Source: Eledone cirrhosa
Lineage: Eukaryota
Length of the DNA stretch: 64,000 bases
Assembly (NCBI GenBank): GCA_964016885.1
Contig: OZ024761.1
Coordinates: 4,712,001 to 4,776,000, forward strand
Direction of reading: 5' to 3'
Notes under the pieces: model-generated
The model's database searches: none
Seen by the model: the letters and a program-made list of their open reading frames with translations, nothing else
What the model was told of the DNA's origin: nothing
In this document: positions 1 to 13,429 of the stretch, piece by piece
How positions within the stretch are numbered: the stretch's first letter is position 1
Layout: the number at the start of each line of letters is the position of its first letter
Made by a program: the position numbers and the translations under genes

Positions 1-161
1 TACATATATACATATATATACATATACACACATACAGATAGATATACATATATATATATACATATATACATATATATATACACATATACATATATATACA
101 TATACATATATATATATACATATACACATACATACATATATACACATATACATATATACAC

Positions 162-194
<33 letters not shown>

Positions 195-223
195 TACACG
201 TATATATATACACATACACACAC

Positions 224-257
<34 letters not shown>

Positions 258-405
258 GTATAATATATATAATATATATATATATACATATATATATAGA
301 TACATATATATACATATACATATATACATACACATATATACATATATATACACATATATATATTTATATATACATACATATACATATACATACATATACA
401 TATAC

Positions 406-456
<51 letters not shown>

Positions 457-585
457 CATATATACATATATATATATATATACATATACATATACATACA
501 TATATATACATATATATATATACATATATATATATACATATATATATATATACATATACATATATATATATATACATACATATAC

Positions 586-618
<33 letters not shown>

Positions 619-627
619 CATATATAT
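1..627. repeat. (TA)n/(TACA)n microsatellite tract
   Basis: Directly visible dinucleotide/tetranucleotide repeat; the overlapping YI/YT-rich ORFs are artefacts. Confidence 0.95.
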
Positions 628-786
628 ATTGGAATAAATGCTCTGAAATAGCGATATATATGTGAATATAGACATAGAATATTCGAAAATATTCTGTATG
701 TTTATAATAAACATTTTGAAGACCTAATCGCTATAGAATAGAATACGTCACGTATTACAATTAGATTCTCGATAAAAGCAAGGGAA

Positions 787-829
787 GTAATCTACGCGTT
801 TCATTCTCGTAAGAAATCATCAGGACTAC
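787..829 (-). ncRNA. Minimal type I hammerhead ribozyme (inverted copy)
   Basis: Exact reverse complement of 1139-1181. Confidence 0.7.
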
Positions 830-1138
830 ATATCCAGTGCTTTTATCGAGAATGACACAGCTAGAGACTTATAGAATACTTAGCTGTGTACAGGAACTGG
901 TTTGAAAGAGCGGTTTCTATTCTATAGCGATTAGGTCTTCAAAATGTTTATTATAAACATACAGAATATTTTCGAATATTCTATGTCTATATTCACATAT
1001 ATATCGCTATTTCAGAGCATTTATTCCAATTTCTAATTTCTGCCGGACCGGCAACCGCTCTTTCAAACCAGTTCCTGTACACAGCTAAGTATTCTATAAG
1101 TCTCTAGCTGTGTCATTCTCGATAAAAGCACTGGATAT

Positions 1139-1181
1139 GTAGTCCTGATGATTTCTTACGAGAATGAAACGCGTAGATTAC
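1139..1181 (+). ncRNA. Minimal type I hammerhead ribozyme
   Basis: GUAGUC-CUGAUGA-U UUCU UACG AGAA U-GAAAC GC GUA-GAUUAC. Stem I is GUAGUC/GAUUAC, stem III is the palindrome ACGCGU, and the cleavage triplet is GUA. Confidence 0.72.
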
Positions 1182-1334
1182 TTCCCTTGCTTTTATCGAG
1201 AATCTAATTGTAATACGTGACGTATTCTATTCTATAGCGATTAGGTCTTCAAAATGTTTATTATAAACATACAGAATATTTTCGAATATTCTATGTCTAT
1301 ATTCACATATATATATATACATATATATATATAC

Positions 1335-1365
<31 letters not shown>

Positions 1366-1422
1366 CATATATATACATATATATATATATACATACATAT
1401 ATATATATACATATATATATAC

Positions 1423-1670
1423 CAGTGCAATCCCAAAAGTCAGCTCAAAAGTGACACAGAGGAGACTGAGGTTAGCTGGACATGCTCACCGACATCCAGA
1501 GTTGACATTGCACTCAGTGCTCCTTTGGGAGCCCCTACATGGACACACTGGAAGAGGAAGACCAAGGACAGACACTGGTCTGTTGGAGACGCAGGACATG
1601 GCAGCGATAATGAGGTACAGAGACCGCTGGAGAGAACTCGTCCATGGATCTCGGGAATTTTACCCGCCTT
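1423..1670 (+). mobile_element. Degenerate 3' fragment of an RTE-like LINE
   Basis: Translation [14 protein letters not shown]...[16 protein letters not shown]...RDRWRELV resembles the RTE ORF C-terminus. Confidence 0.65.
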
Positions 1671-1729
1671 AGATAGATAGATAGATAGATATATATATAC
1701 ATATATACATATATATATACACATATACA

Positions 1730-1769
<40 letters not shown>

Positions 1770-1775
1770 CATATA

Positions 1776-1813
<38 letters not shown>

Positions 1814-1868
1814 CATATATTTATTAAATATATTACATATATATATATATACATACATACATATACAT

Positions 1869-1913
<45 letters not shown>

Positions 1914-1936
1914 CATATATATATATACATACATAC

Positions 1937-1969
<33 letters not shown>

Positions 1970-2660
1970 CATACATATATATATATACATACATACAAAC
2001 ATACATATATATATACATACATACATACATATATATACACATATATACACATATATATATATACATATATATATATACATACATACATATACATACATAT
2101 ATATATGTACATATATATATATGGTGGCTGCCAACTCGATTTCGAGTACGGCCACTACTTTATATCCATGTAGGAGAACCCCTACCGATGTGCTGAACAA
2201 GTGTGACTTTCTAGTCCAGCCAGCGACTTGAAAACTCACATATATACACACATACATACATAAATACAGACATGCATACATACACACACACATACATACA
2301 CACACATAATACATACATACACATACATGCATACATACATAAATACATACATACACACACACATAGATACATACACACACATGCATACACACATACATAC
2401 CTACATACATACATACACACATACATACACACATACATACACACATACATACACACACATACATACACACACATACATACATACATACATACATACATAC
2501 ATACATACATACATACATACATACACACATACATACATACATACATACACACATACACACACATACATACATACATACATACATACATACATACATACAT
2601 ACATACATACATACATACATGCGCACACATACATGCATACATACATACCTACATACGTAT
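1671..2660. repeat. (TAGA)/(TA)/(TACA)n microsatellite tracts
   Basis: Directly visible. Confidence 0.9.
2122..2237 (+). mobile_element. 5' fragment of a repeated RTE-related non-coding element (copy 1 of 3)
   Basis: Near-identical to 20671 onward and 37330 onward (TGGTGGCTGCCAACTC...CAGCGACTTG). Confidence 0.7.
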
Positions 2661-3120
2661 GTACCTAATACATAAGTTTCCAAAATTCATAGCTGAATCT
2701 TTCCAAATGCTTATTTGTAAACATATCGTACATCACTAGATATACAAAATACTCATACTATATTTATACAGCTACGTTAGAGTGAACAACTTAATTCTCT
2801 TTTCAGGCTAAGCCAGCCGATAGCTCCATATGCAAATGAGGGTAATAAGTCCATGTACATAGGTGTGAAAACTATGTTTTCACCTTTATTAAAGTCCAGC
2901 AGAGAGCAGGGTAAGAGAGCAATGCCTTGATAACAACCAGTCAGAAACGATGATCGTCGACAGTTACCTGCTCCTACTTTTGCTCGAATCTGCTAGATTG
3001 CTTTACGTCATCAACTTCCAAAGCCAACTGCTAAACGTTTCCAAATGTTTATATGTTTATTCGTAAACATATCGTATATCGCTAGATATACAAAATACAC
3101 ATGCTGTATACACCCCCCCC

Positions 3121-3176
<56 letters not shown>

Positions 3177-3185
3177 TATATGTAG

Positions 3186-3560
3186 AATGAACCCCCAGAT
3201 AAATTGTAAAACTAGAAATGTAGTCTATAGCATAAGATGTACAGAGGGCACTTGCAGAAACATGACAACGACATACATAGGTGAGACAGCTCGAAGCATA
3301 GGAGAAAGAATAGACCAACACTTTGACCAAAAGGACAAAAAAACAAAACAAAACGGTTCAGTACTATATGAACACGCCAGACAAAGACATGGCGGTAATA
3401 TAGACAACATAGAAATTAAAATAATATCTAAGCATAAAAATGACTCAACGAATAGGTAAATCAGAGAAGCAACTGAGGTAGAACTAAGAAAACCAAAGTT
3501 AAACAGAAAGAACGAATGGAATAACAACAACAACAACCATACCCAAACAAACAATACTGA
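3186..3560 (+). mobile_element. Penelope GIY-YIG endonuclease fragment
   Basis: INCKTRNVVYSIRCTEG...YIGETARSIGERIDQH, with an in-frame stop; closely similar to the 34675-35733 ORF. Confidence 0.85.
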
Positions 3561-3571
3561 CCTAAGGGAAA

Positions 3572-4405
3572 TCATCATCATCATCATCATCATTTTACGT
3601 CCACTTTTCCCAGCTTGCAAGGGTGGGACGGGTCCTATTCAGCACATCATCTCTCCACTTGTCACGGTCCTTCGTCATCTCCTCGGTGAGTTTCAGCGAT
3701 CTGAGGTCTGCTCTCACCATCTCCGCCCATGTTTTTCGTGGTCTTCCTCTACTGCGTCTTCCTTCTACTGGGATTTCTTGGCACTTCTTTACCCAGCGGT
3801 CATCATCCATGCGCATCACATGTCCATACCGTCTCAGTCTTCTTTCCTTCACACCACAACTTATCCCTCTTATACCCAGTTTCTTTCTCAACTCGTCTAT
3901 GCTTGGTCGTTCACGCACATTGACATTGCACATCCAACGGAGCATACTTGCTTCATTTCTCTCCAGCCATCGCATATCTTCTGCAGTTGCTGCCCATGTC
4001 TCACTACCATGTAGCATCGCGCATCTCACACAGGCATCATATAACCGTCCTTTCGTACGCAGGGAGAAACCCTTCTTTGTCAACAGAGGGAGCAGCTCCC
4101 TAAACTTCTTCCAACACGTCCTTATTCTAGATACTATGGCCTCGGAACACCTCCCTCCCATGCTAATCTGATCACATAGGTACCGGAAGTTATCAACCAC
4201 TTCTATAGAACCTACCTGCATTGGAAAAATGAGTCTATCATATCGATTACTACTGCCAACTTTCCCTGTACATCTACTGCATATGTAATTTTCCCTACCT
4301 GTTAGTTTTCCTGCTATTCCACTACATCTCTTGTGTACCCAAGATCTGCATTGCGTACATTTTATGGAATTTATGCCAGTTCCTTTTCTACATATCGAAC
4401 ATGGT
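3572..4405 (-). mobile_element. 5'-truncated RTE-like LINE (Cys-rich finger plus post-RT C-terminus) with (GAT)n tail
   Basis: VVDNFRYL...LYDACVRCAMLHGSETW...RRYGHVMRM...RGRPRKTW; upstream CSIC...CTQC...VHKRC...CSRC; tail is the (ATC)n run at 3572-3592. Confidence 0.85.
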
Positions 4406-4475
4406 CAACACTTTTGTCTTAGCTAGGTTCACTCTCAGTCCTCTTGTTTCCAACTGCTGTTGCCATAGCCAGAAT

Positions 4476-4693
4476 TTATATAAATATAAATATATAAATA
4501 TATACACAAGTATATAAATTATATAAATCTAAATAAATAAATATATACACAAGTACAATAATAACAAACACATATAAACACACACTAGTGAACAAAGATA
4601 GAATACGAAAACAAAAACACATACACTCAAATACGAACACACACACCAAACAGTATGCACACACGCAAACATGCGCAGAGACAGAGGCAAGAA

Positions 4694-4768
<75 letters not shown>

Positions 4769-5230
4769 AATAAAAATGGCGTAGATTTTACAATACATCG
4801 GGAGGAAACATAATAGTACCACTGATGATGTCGCAGAACTTTGATAGTCTATATATATATATGTGTATATATAGTCTATATATATATGTGTATATATAGT
4901 CTATATATATATATATGTGTATATATAGTCTATATATATATGTGTATATATAGTCTATATATATATATATGTGTATATATAGTCTATATATATATATATT
5001 TATATCTGTATCTTTAACCGTTGGTCAATCAATGATAAACATTGATTGTCAAATAAATTAACTATGGAGATATAAAAGATACAGAAGAGAAAACCAACCA
5101 AACAGTGAGTGTGTTCTGTTATTATTTCTGGCAATATTATTACAACGATATCACCCTCCCCAAGTATAACGATATTTGTTTCGACACACGATTTCATATC
5201 AAAAACCTTGCAAAACAAATATAATACAAA
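4476..5230. mobile_element. Rearranged Penelope pLTR remnants
   Basis: Segments match 9700-9985 and 34238-34680 (ACATGCGCAGA, CTGATGATGTCGCAG, GATATTGTTATACTTGGG). Confidence 0.6.
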
Positions 5231-5569
5231 AACCTCCTTTTTCTTATATTTAGTTGGGAAACTGCTCTGACTTCTGAGAGACGTTAGTTTAAAGTCAGAC
5301 AGTTTTATTCAATCGTCTTCGGCAGGTAACTAGTTAATGTACTGAGTGAGATATATATAGTAAGATCTTAACAACTTAGAAGTGAACTTTGGACAATGTA
5401 GGCTTCATTCTTTCTATGAGTGATTACTTTTATTATTTGTCATTCTATAAATATTTACATAACACTAGTTCTTTCTCAACTAGATATATGGAAAGGATTT
5501 TGTTGTTTATCGATTACATTTATATAAATTATGCTCTGGGCTTAATGTTCCTTGAGCTTTTCTTGTTGA

Positions 5570-5672
5570 GTAGTTAGAGAATTGGATTCGCAATCGTGAT
5601 GTTGTGAGTTCGATTCCTGGACCGGGCGATGCGTTAAGTCCTTGGGCAAGACACTTTATTTCACGTTGCTCC
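5570..5672 (+). mobile_element. tRNA-derived SINE fragment (CORE-like)
   Basis: B box GAGTTCGATTCC followed by GTCCTTGGGCAAGACACTTTATTTCACGTTGCTCC; same family as 28238 and 56885. Confidence 0.75.
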
Positions 5673-5831
5673 TTCTACCTGGGATGGCGACCGATAGATA
5701 GTATTAGCAATTGGAAAGACCAACGGAAACATCGTTTCCTCGGTCCGATTTGACGAAAGTGATCGACTGTCGATATATCCAGAAATAGCCGTCGAAACGG
5801 CTTGAGCTCTGCCGTCGGGGTCATACTTTTT

Positions 5832-5891
<60 letters not shown>

Positions 5892-5990
5892 GTCAATCAC
5901 TTTCGTCAAATCGGACCGTATATATAGTGTGGTAAAACGCCAGGAGGTTATATCCGTAGTAAGTAGAGCACGTTCTTCGCACGCAGTATG

Positions 5991-6028
<38 letters not shown>

Positions 6029-6399
6029 CTGCATGCAAAGGATATTTGAGGAGACTTAATTATCAGTATATTTAATCTCTCCAAAGTAATTAAAAGTATT
6101 TTATTTCTCTCAGATCCCCCTTGAGATATGAAATGAAACGACACTCAACCGTTGTTGAGTATATGTGGGACACTGTGGTTCAGAAATTGTCAATTTAGAA
6201 ACAGCAACAACAAAAAATATAAAACAAAGATCACTAGGTAACGTTTTCGTCACCTTTTGCATTGTTTAACCTTATATCTCTATCCACACTATATATTATA
6301 TACAATGTAACCCTAACCCTAACCCTAGCCTAACCACAATCCACATTATATATCATATATAATGCTTCAAGCAAACTATATTTTATTAATTTTCTAAAT

Positions 6400-7102
6400 A
6401 TTGCAAGATTTACTGTACAGAAAGTTCGGCTGAAATTAGAAGCTTCTTGGGGAAATATTTCAACTGTATCCAAGAGAAAAACAACATTTTAAACGTTCGA
6501 ACACTATAACACCGTAATTCATCCAAAAGGTGCAAAACATTATCGATGATGATTCTAGAAAATCAATCAGATCCATCGACCACCAAAGAACTTCAGAACT
6601 GTGGTGTCAGAGGTCACTCGATACAAGTCGTATGTACTGAGGTGAGACTAATTCATGCTTGAAAAGACAGGAAAATCCTTTGACCCGTGCGAAGCAGTTC
6701 CTTAACATGGTTTAAAACCCTCACGAACAGTACATACTTTGGTTTTCTGACGAGAAAAAACTTCGACCAGGGCCAAAGCTCTTACAGAAGAAAGGACAGA
6801 TCGTTCTAATGTCCCCAGAGCTATACACACTAAGTTTAGAGCAACTGTGATGATTTCAGGAGTGGTGAGTAACGAAGGACATACCATATCACCACAGAGA
6901 CTTATAATTAATGCTGATGGATATATTGAGGTGCTAAAGACAGTTTTTAAGTCCTGGATGGGTGACATACGCAGTGGAAGGCCATACATGTCCCAACAAG
7001 ACCCACATAACCCAAGAATTGGGGCCAGACAATCTTTACGTTCATGTAACACCAAACTTGTGACCTCCACAAAGTTCTCCAGACTTAAATCCTATGAACT
7101 AC
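6400..7102 (+). mobile_element. Degenerate Tc1/mariner (maT/DD37D-like) transposase
   Basis: Frameshifted motifs WFSDEK.NFDQ, TKFRATVMISGVVSNEG, YIEVLKTV...GRPYMSQQD, PDLNPMNY. Confidence 0.8.
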
Positions 7103-7919
7103 TCTCGGGTCCCAAATGATAGGGGCGAAGGGGGGGGGGGGGGCATAAGTGGGGTAGTGGGAATTGGTAATTTTTTTGGTTGTCTCCGTTAATATCTAAA
7201 AAACCCAGAATTAGTCGTTTAATTTACATATTGGAAACCCAATCAATCCTATTTATTTTATAGCGTATTGGATTTCTAGAAATGTACTTAGTTTTATCAT
7301 GTATAATGTATTTTATTATATAAATAAAATTAATTGTCGCAGGAATGCAACTACTTAAAATAAAATTTTGCTGGAGATAGATTAGCAAAATTTAATAAGT
7401 GTGTGTGTGAGGGGCTGAGATTATTCGAGATCCGGTTCAACCATTGTTGACTAGGAGATTAATCAGCACCCTTGCAATACCATAGCTTTATAGGAGATTA
7501 GTCGGCACCCTTGCAATACCATAGTCTGAATGAGCGACGTAGTCAATTGTGTGAAAACCAAGTAGGGATGTAGGTTTAAGTAGGGATATTGAGATGACGT
7601 AGTAACGCAGCTGCAGCAGAAGGGAGTCGCAGTGCAATTAGCACAACCGCTGTTCGGCGTACTTGCGCAGGGAGTTCATACCGCGGTGTAGGTGCAACAA
7701 AAGGGGTCTTAGTAGAAGTAGCACCGACGTGAGTTTTACGGTGTCAATAACACGACAACGTACAGAGAGCCCGGATTTGCGCGTGATGAAAGCACGAAGC
7801 GTCAACAGGGCGCCGACAAAAATTTTAAGGTCCTCCTCATTTCCTCAATCCCCCGAAAATGGTCCTGCTTAAAAGTAAGTAAGTGTTGTGTCCTCTGTTA
7901 AATAAACCAAATTTTTAAC

Positions 7920-8314
7920 GAAATATTGTACGCTACTTACGATGTTTAAGTGGCATTTATATAGAAAATGAAAATGGCATGTAATGCCCAATGCTAATTC
8001 GTAAATTTCCTAGAAACGATTAATGGAATCGGAATTTTCTTTGTCCACTGCAATGCGAGGGGACTAATTAATGTGTGCTCCAAATGTCGAGGAAATCGGC
8101 CGGAGTATCTTTAAGTTACGCCTAAAAAAAGCCTAAAAATGCCTTTTAAATGCGGTTTTTCGCCTAATTAGGGGAGAAAAAGTTAAAATTTTAGCCCATT
8201 GCACTTCAAAAAATATAAGTAACAGATGTGTAAAGTTTGAAAAAAATCGGTCGGGTACTTCTCGAGTTTTAGGGATTTACACAGACAGACAGACAAACAG
8301 ACAGACATCCTCTG

Positions 8315-8320
<6 letters not shown>
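7920..8320 (-). mobile_element. Probable non-autonomous Helitron-like element end
   Basis: Minus strand reads TATATAACAGAGGATG(TCTG)n...CTCGAGAAGTACCCGACCGATTTTTTTCAAACTTTACAC, a layout typical of non-autonomous Helitron 5' ends. Confidence 0.45.
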
Positions 8321-8375
<55 letters not shown>

Positions 8376-8452
8376 GTCATTCTGTCGGAAAGGTCCAGGA
8401 AAAAAGAGTGCTCTATGTAGGTTACAGAGCTTAATAGTTATGTAATAAACAA

Positions 8453-8563
8453 CATAAGATAATTATTTCATTTACCAGTGGTTTCTTGAAAGCAAACAAA
8501 TCTGCTTTGTTCAGATTTGTTTGCTTTCAAGAAACCCCTGGTAAATGAAATAATTAACTTATG
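8453..8563. repeat. 52-bp-arm inverted repeat with 7-nt loop
   Basis: 8453-8504 pairs with 8512-8563 with about 2 mismatches. Confidence 0.9.
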
Positions 8564-9318
8564 CGGTATATATATATATATATGTAGATAAATCTACCAA
8601 AATATACGGTAGTGTCCAATCCGTATGAAGAACTCAATGTAATCCATATATCATGAAAAGAGAAGATGTATTCAGAATTTTTTCGATGAAAAACACAGGA
8701 AAACAGAGTCAAGATAAATTAATAAAAATAATGAATAAAAACAAAGAAACAGTTCCTTCTATTAAAAAATTCATTATTTTACGATCGTTTCTAGGATATA
8801 TATGTGTGTGTTGGTATGTATATCATATAGATCTATGTAACATTTTTACAAACTATCAGAGGGAATATACAAACCTACACATATATATGCTGTCTTCTAT
8901 ATATATATACATACACACACACATATATATATTGAAGGCTTTCTATTGTAGCGGTCGCATGGAGTTCACACCCGTTTGAGGCAAAAGAACGGAATCCCTG
9001 TCGATGAAGTGAGTCCCCTGTTCGATTATGGAATACCACAAGCTTACGTATTACGTAAGTTGGATTGATGATTTCGAATTCATAGAAACATATCGGACGT
9101 ATTGCAGAATATCGTTCGATCTGTCCAGGTCTGTTGTTTTAAACTGATTAGTTCTTTCGTTACTTTGGTATTGTATGGTTGGGTTTTGCCTACAGCAATT
9201 TTCAATTTGTCAAGCTATTTAAACGTAATGTTATTACTCTAAGCCTTATTGAGTGCTTTCCTTATTGTAGGTCGACTTTGCATGGCCACAGCCAAAGCTT
9301 CGATTTTACTAAGCTTCC

Positions 9319-9369
<51 letters not shown>

Positions 9370-9376
<7 letters not shown>

Positions 9377-9985
9377 ATACTTTGGGAGGGTCATGTTGCC
9401 AATAAGAAACACACGCACCAGTTGCTTTCACTTCAATTTATTATAATAAATTTATAAATTTAGGAATTTATAAATTTCCGGTTGGTTGGTTGGTTCCACA
9501 ACCAGATGATTGTTCATATATTGTCAAAGTTCTTTCGTCATAGATTCTGTGACCTCTTCAGTGACTGGGGATTCTTTTCTTTGTTTTTGTGCCTCTCCTT
9601 TGTTCTGTCCTACGCCATCTTGTTTTTGTGTGTGTGTTGTGTGCACACAACACACACACTATACATACATTTATATATATATATATAAATATATATGAAA
9701 GGATATTGTTATACTTGGGGAGAGTCATATTGTTGTAATATTATTTCCAGAAATAATAACAGAACACACTGTTTGGTTCGTTTTCTCTTCTCTATCTTTT
9801 ATATCTCTATAGTTAATTTATTTGGCAATCAATGTTTATCATTGACTGACCAACGGTCAAAAATACAGATATAAATATATATATATAGTCTAACAAAGTT
9901 CTTTCGTTGCACATCTGTGACATCATCAGTGGTACTATTATCATGTTCCCTCCTATTGTATTGTAATGTTTACGCCATTTTTTAA
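9370..9985 (-). mobile_element. Penelope pLTR remnants (two subfamilies) with hammerhead-like cores
   Basis: 9370-9640 matches 34294-34550. Minus strand has GUCA-CUGAAGA-GGUCA..UGAC-GAAAGAACUU-UGAC (~9523-9566) and CUGAUGA..GAAAG (~9890-9935). Confidence 0.7.
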
Positions 9986-10213
9986 ATAAAAAGATGAAGG
10001 TCCGATAACTCCTTGTGGAGTCGTAGAGGTACCGTCATACGGCGTCTCTGGGGCACTATTTCAAACTTGGCGGAGTCCAACACTCTCCAGGTCTGAATAC
10101 AACTGAATTTCCTATAGAGGAAGAATCGATCCTAGTACTGGACTGGTAATTTATATATATATATATATAAGGAGGAGGTTATAGTTCACTTGAAGCATTG
10201 TGTAATGAGGTAT

Positions 10214-11183
10214 AAACGTTTGAATATGTGTAATAAGGCCAAAACAATGCAGGTATGGACATAGAAAAAAGAATGCAATAGTAAAAGATATTGTTGAGAA
10301 TTTGTCTTTCACCTTGAATTTATTTAAATGTCCTTAATTTTCGAGATAATATCTCTTCTTCGGAGGGAAGTAAAGGTCTCAAACCAGCGTCTTAAATCTC
10401 TAGCCAAGCCATGCTGACCGGAAATAGTATAGAGTATCTGTTCTAACTCTAATATCAAAGAATTAAAATTAGGTGGATAAAGAGTAGTCTCCCTTTAAGA
10501 GGGGTTTGTTAAGGGTTTTTTTTTTTTTTTTTTAATTTTTTTTTTATTATTTTTGTTTATTTTTTTTTTTGTTTAATTTTATATACGTGCCTGTATATGT
10601 GTGTGGGAGAATGCATGAAGGTGTATGTATGTGGGTGTGTGTGTGTGAGTGTGGGAAGAAAGGTCTAATCGTAAAAGTGTGGGGTAGGTGTTATCTGGTG
10701 TTAGAACTGGTTTTGTGTGTGTATGTGTGAGAGAGAATAAGTGGAGGTGTAAGCGTGTGTGGGTGCGCGTGCGTGTGTGTGGGGTGTGTAAATATGGGGC
10801 TAGAGGCCCTATCAGGTTATAAATTGGGTGTTGAGCTCTAGTCTATTATTGATTGGAGGATGTGTTTTATCTATAATAAGTGCTTCCTTAATTCTAAGAT
10901 TGCCGAGGTTTCTTTCCTTAGTTTCTATCCTAACTGTTATGTTTTTATCTGTGTTTTTGCATTTAACTAGGTGTTTCTTAAATGAGGAAGCGTTAGTATT
11001 GAGGTGTTCTTTATTTCTTATGTGGAGTGGTCTGGTGGTGCTACCTACGTAGAAGTTGTTGCATTACGTAGTATACAGACTAGAGTGTGACAAATGCAAC
11101 AACTTCTACGTAGGTAGCACCACCAGACCACTCCACATAAGAATAAAAGAACACCTCAATACTAACGCTTCCTCATTTAAGAA
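10214..11183 (-). mobile_element. Penelope 3' end (GIY-YIG C-terminus plus pLTR) with inverted duplication at 11065-11183
   Basis: Near-identical reverse complement of 61195-62050; YVVYRLECDKCNNFYVGSTTRPLHIRIKEH. Confidence 0.85.
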
Positions 11184-11335
11184 ACAGGCCCTCAAGCGGA
11201 GTGGTTTCCGGGAGGAAATATCCTACTGTCCAGCTTCCATTAGCGGAACCAGCAGACGACACCGCCGCTCACGCAATGTAACATGGTTCAATCCTCCTCA
11301 CAAACGCCGAGGTGACAACTCCTATCGGGAAAATC
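11184..11335 (+). mobile_element. Penelope ORF fragment from a second family
   Basis: ALKRSGFREEISY...RRRSRNVTWFNPP, the Penelope RT-to-endonuclease linker motif. Confidence 0.7.
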
Positions 11336-11996
11336 TTATGTGCTTCTATGTGTGTATGTGTGTATCTGTATGTGCTTCTGTGTGTTTTTGTGTCTGCGTG
11401 TGTGTGTGTGTGTGTGTGCGTGTATGTGTGTCTGTATGTGTGTGTATGTGTGTATGCGTGCGTGTGTGTCTGTCTTTCTGTGAGTCTGTGTGGGTGTGCG
11501 TCTGTGTGCATGTGTGTGTGTGTGTGAGTCTGTGTGTGTGTGTGTATGTTGTGTCTGTGTATGAGTGTGCGTATATGTGTGCGTGCGCGCGTGTGCCTGT
11601 GTCTGTATGTGTATGTGTGTGTGTGTGTAAGTGTGCGTGTATGTGTGTATGCGTGCGTGTGTTTCTGTGTGTGTCTGTGTGTGTATGTGTGTGTGTGTAT
11701 GTGTGTGTGCTTCTGTGTATGTGTGTGTATGTGTGTGTGTGTGTGTGTGTTAGATAAAAACCATGAGATAGCCATGAATTATAACGGTGACCCCTAAGGG
11801 CAGGATAAGTTGCCTTATCATCACGTGATGACAGTCAAGGTTGGAGAAAGTATTTAGTCAAATAAACATACTTTGAACATCAAAGACTATTTTATTCAAA
11901 TTAATTGAATTTGTTAAAAAAAAAACATTTCTTTTGTTGACATTTTATGAAATTACATAAAAGCAAAGTTCACATTTTTTCCGAAAGAAAGATTTT

Positions 11997-12780
11997 GACA
12001 ATATAGAGAGCTTTGCAATTCCAAACATAAGTTACATGGCTGTGAAATTTGATGACAATATAGAGAAATTGCAATTCCAAACATAAGTTACATGGCTGTG
12101 AAATTTGATGACAATATAGAGAGATTGCAATTCCAAACATAAGTTACATGGCTGTGAAATATGATGCGAATATAGAGAGATTGCAATTCCAAACATAAGT
12201 TACATGGCTGTGAAATTTGATGACAATATAGAGAGCTTTGCAATTCCAAACATAAGTTACATGGCTGTGAAATTTGATGAGAATATAGAGAGCTTGCAAT
12301 TCCAAACATAAGTTACATAGCTGTGAAATTTGATGAGAATATAGAGAGCTTGCAATTCCAAACATAAGTTACATAGCTGTGAAATTTGATGAGAATATAG
12401 AGAGCTTGCAATTCCAAACATAAGTTACATAGCTGTGAAATTTGATGAGAATATAGAGAGCTTGCAATTACAAACATAAGTTACATAGCTGTGAAATTTG
12501 ATGAGAATATAGAGAGATTGCAATTCCAAACATAAGTTACATAGCTGTGAAATTTGATGAGAATATAGAGAGCTTTCAATTCCAAACATAAGTTACATGG
12601 CTGTGAAATTTGATGACAATATAGAAAGCTTGCAATTACAAACATAAGTTACATAGCTGTGAAATTTGATGAGAATATAGAGAGCTTGCAATTCCAAACA
12701 TAAGTTACATAGCTGTGAAATTTGATGAGAATATAGAGAGCTTGCAATTCCAAACATAAGTTACATGGCTGTGAAATATG
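11997..12780. repeat. 56-bp minisatellite, ~14 copies
   Basis: Unit GAGAATATAGAGAGCTTGCAATTCCAAACATAAGTTACATAGCTGTGAAATTTGAT. Confidence 0.95.
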
Positions 12781-13429
12781 AGTTCAAATCCTACCATCTT
12801 TTATCTTATCGAAGTTAGTAAAAGTACCAGTCATGTACTGGGTCGATTCTTCATATATATCTCTTTATCACTTCCTCTCTCTCTCATTCTCTTTCCTGCT
12901 CTGATAGAAATCGGCCGTGTTCAGAGGTGATGCGCTCCGCCAGGTTTAAAGTGACCAAAGCACGCCCTATGTCATGACAACGCCCCTACGACTCCAGCAC
13001 GAGTTACGGGTCCATACATACATTTACTGGGGGTGGGGTGAAAGTGTATCGTAATCTTTTAAGTAATTAGAGTATCAAAAGGACTTAATCTGACCCTGGT
13101 GACCCTGGTTTTGATTCTGCTGTCTGGCGCTTTAGACAATTGTCCTTTTCCACAGCCTGGCCGATGAGTGTGAGGTGTGTAGGTAAGCTACGAGTATTAC
13201 TGGTACTGATATTGAAGACTCATAGTGATGCTGAAGAAGGCCAGGAGCTCTCTGAGACAAAACACTTACAGGCTGAACTCTTTAATAGTGGTGAAGATAG
13301 AGACATCCCTACCAGTATTACTGGTACTGATAACCCATAGCAGACCTGGAAGATAGAGACATGCCTTCGAGTATTACTGGTACTGATAATGATGGCCCAT
13401 AGTAGACCTGAAAGGCCCAGGAATTCTCG

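Larger units (their letters stand above)
628..1311. mobile_element. Non-autonomous Penelope pLTR / retrozyme-like element (~310-bp unit) in inverted plus partial tandem arrangement
   Basis: 657-915 is the reverse complement of 1053-1311. 916-1030 repeats at 1226 onward (period ~310). Each full unit contains a hammerhead core, and the element sits in (TA)n. Confidence 0.7.

Noticed and set aside
5570-5625. tRNA genes (also at 28240, 41240 and 56885)
   Set aside because: A/B boxes run into SINE bodies and no complete cloverleaf forms.
6308-6335. (CCCTAA)n telomere-like repeats
   Set aside because: Only about 4 degenerate units; such runs are common inside invertebrate transposons.
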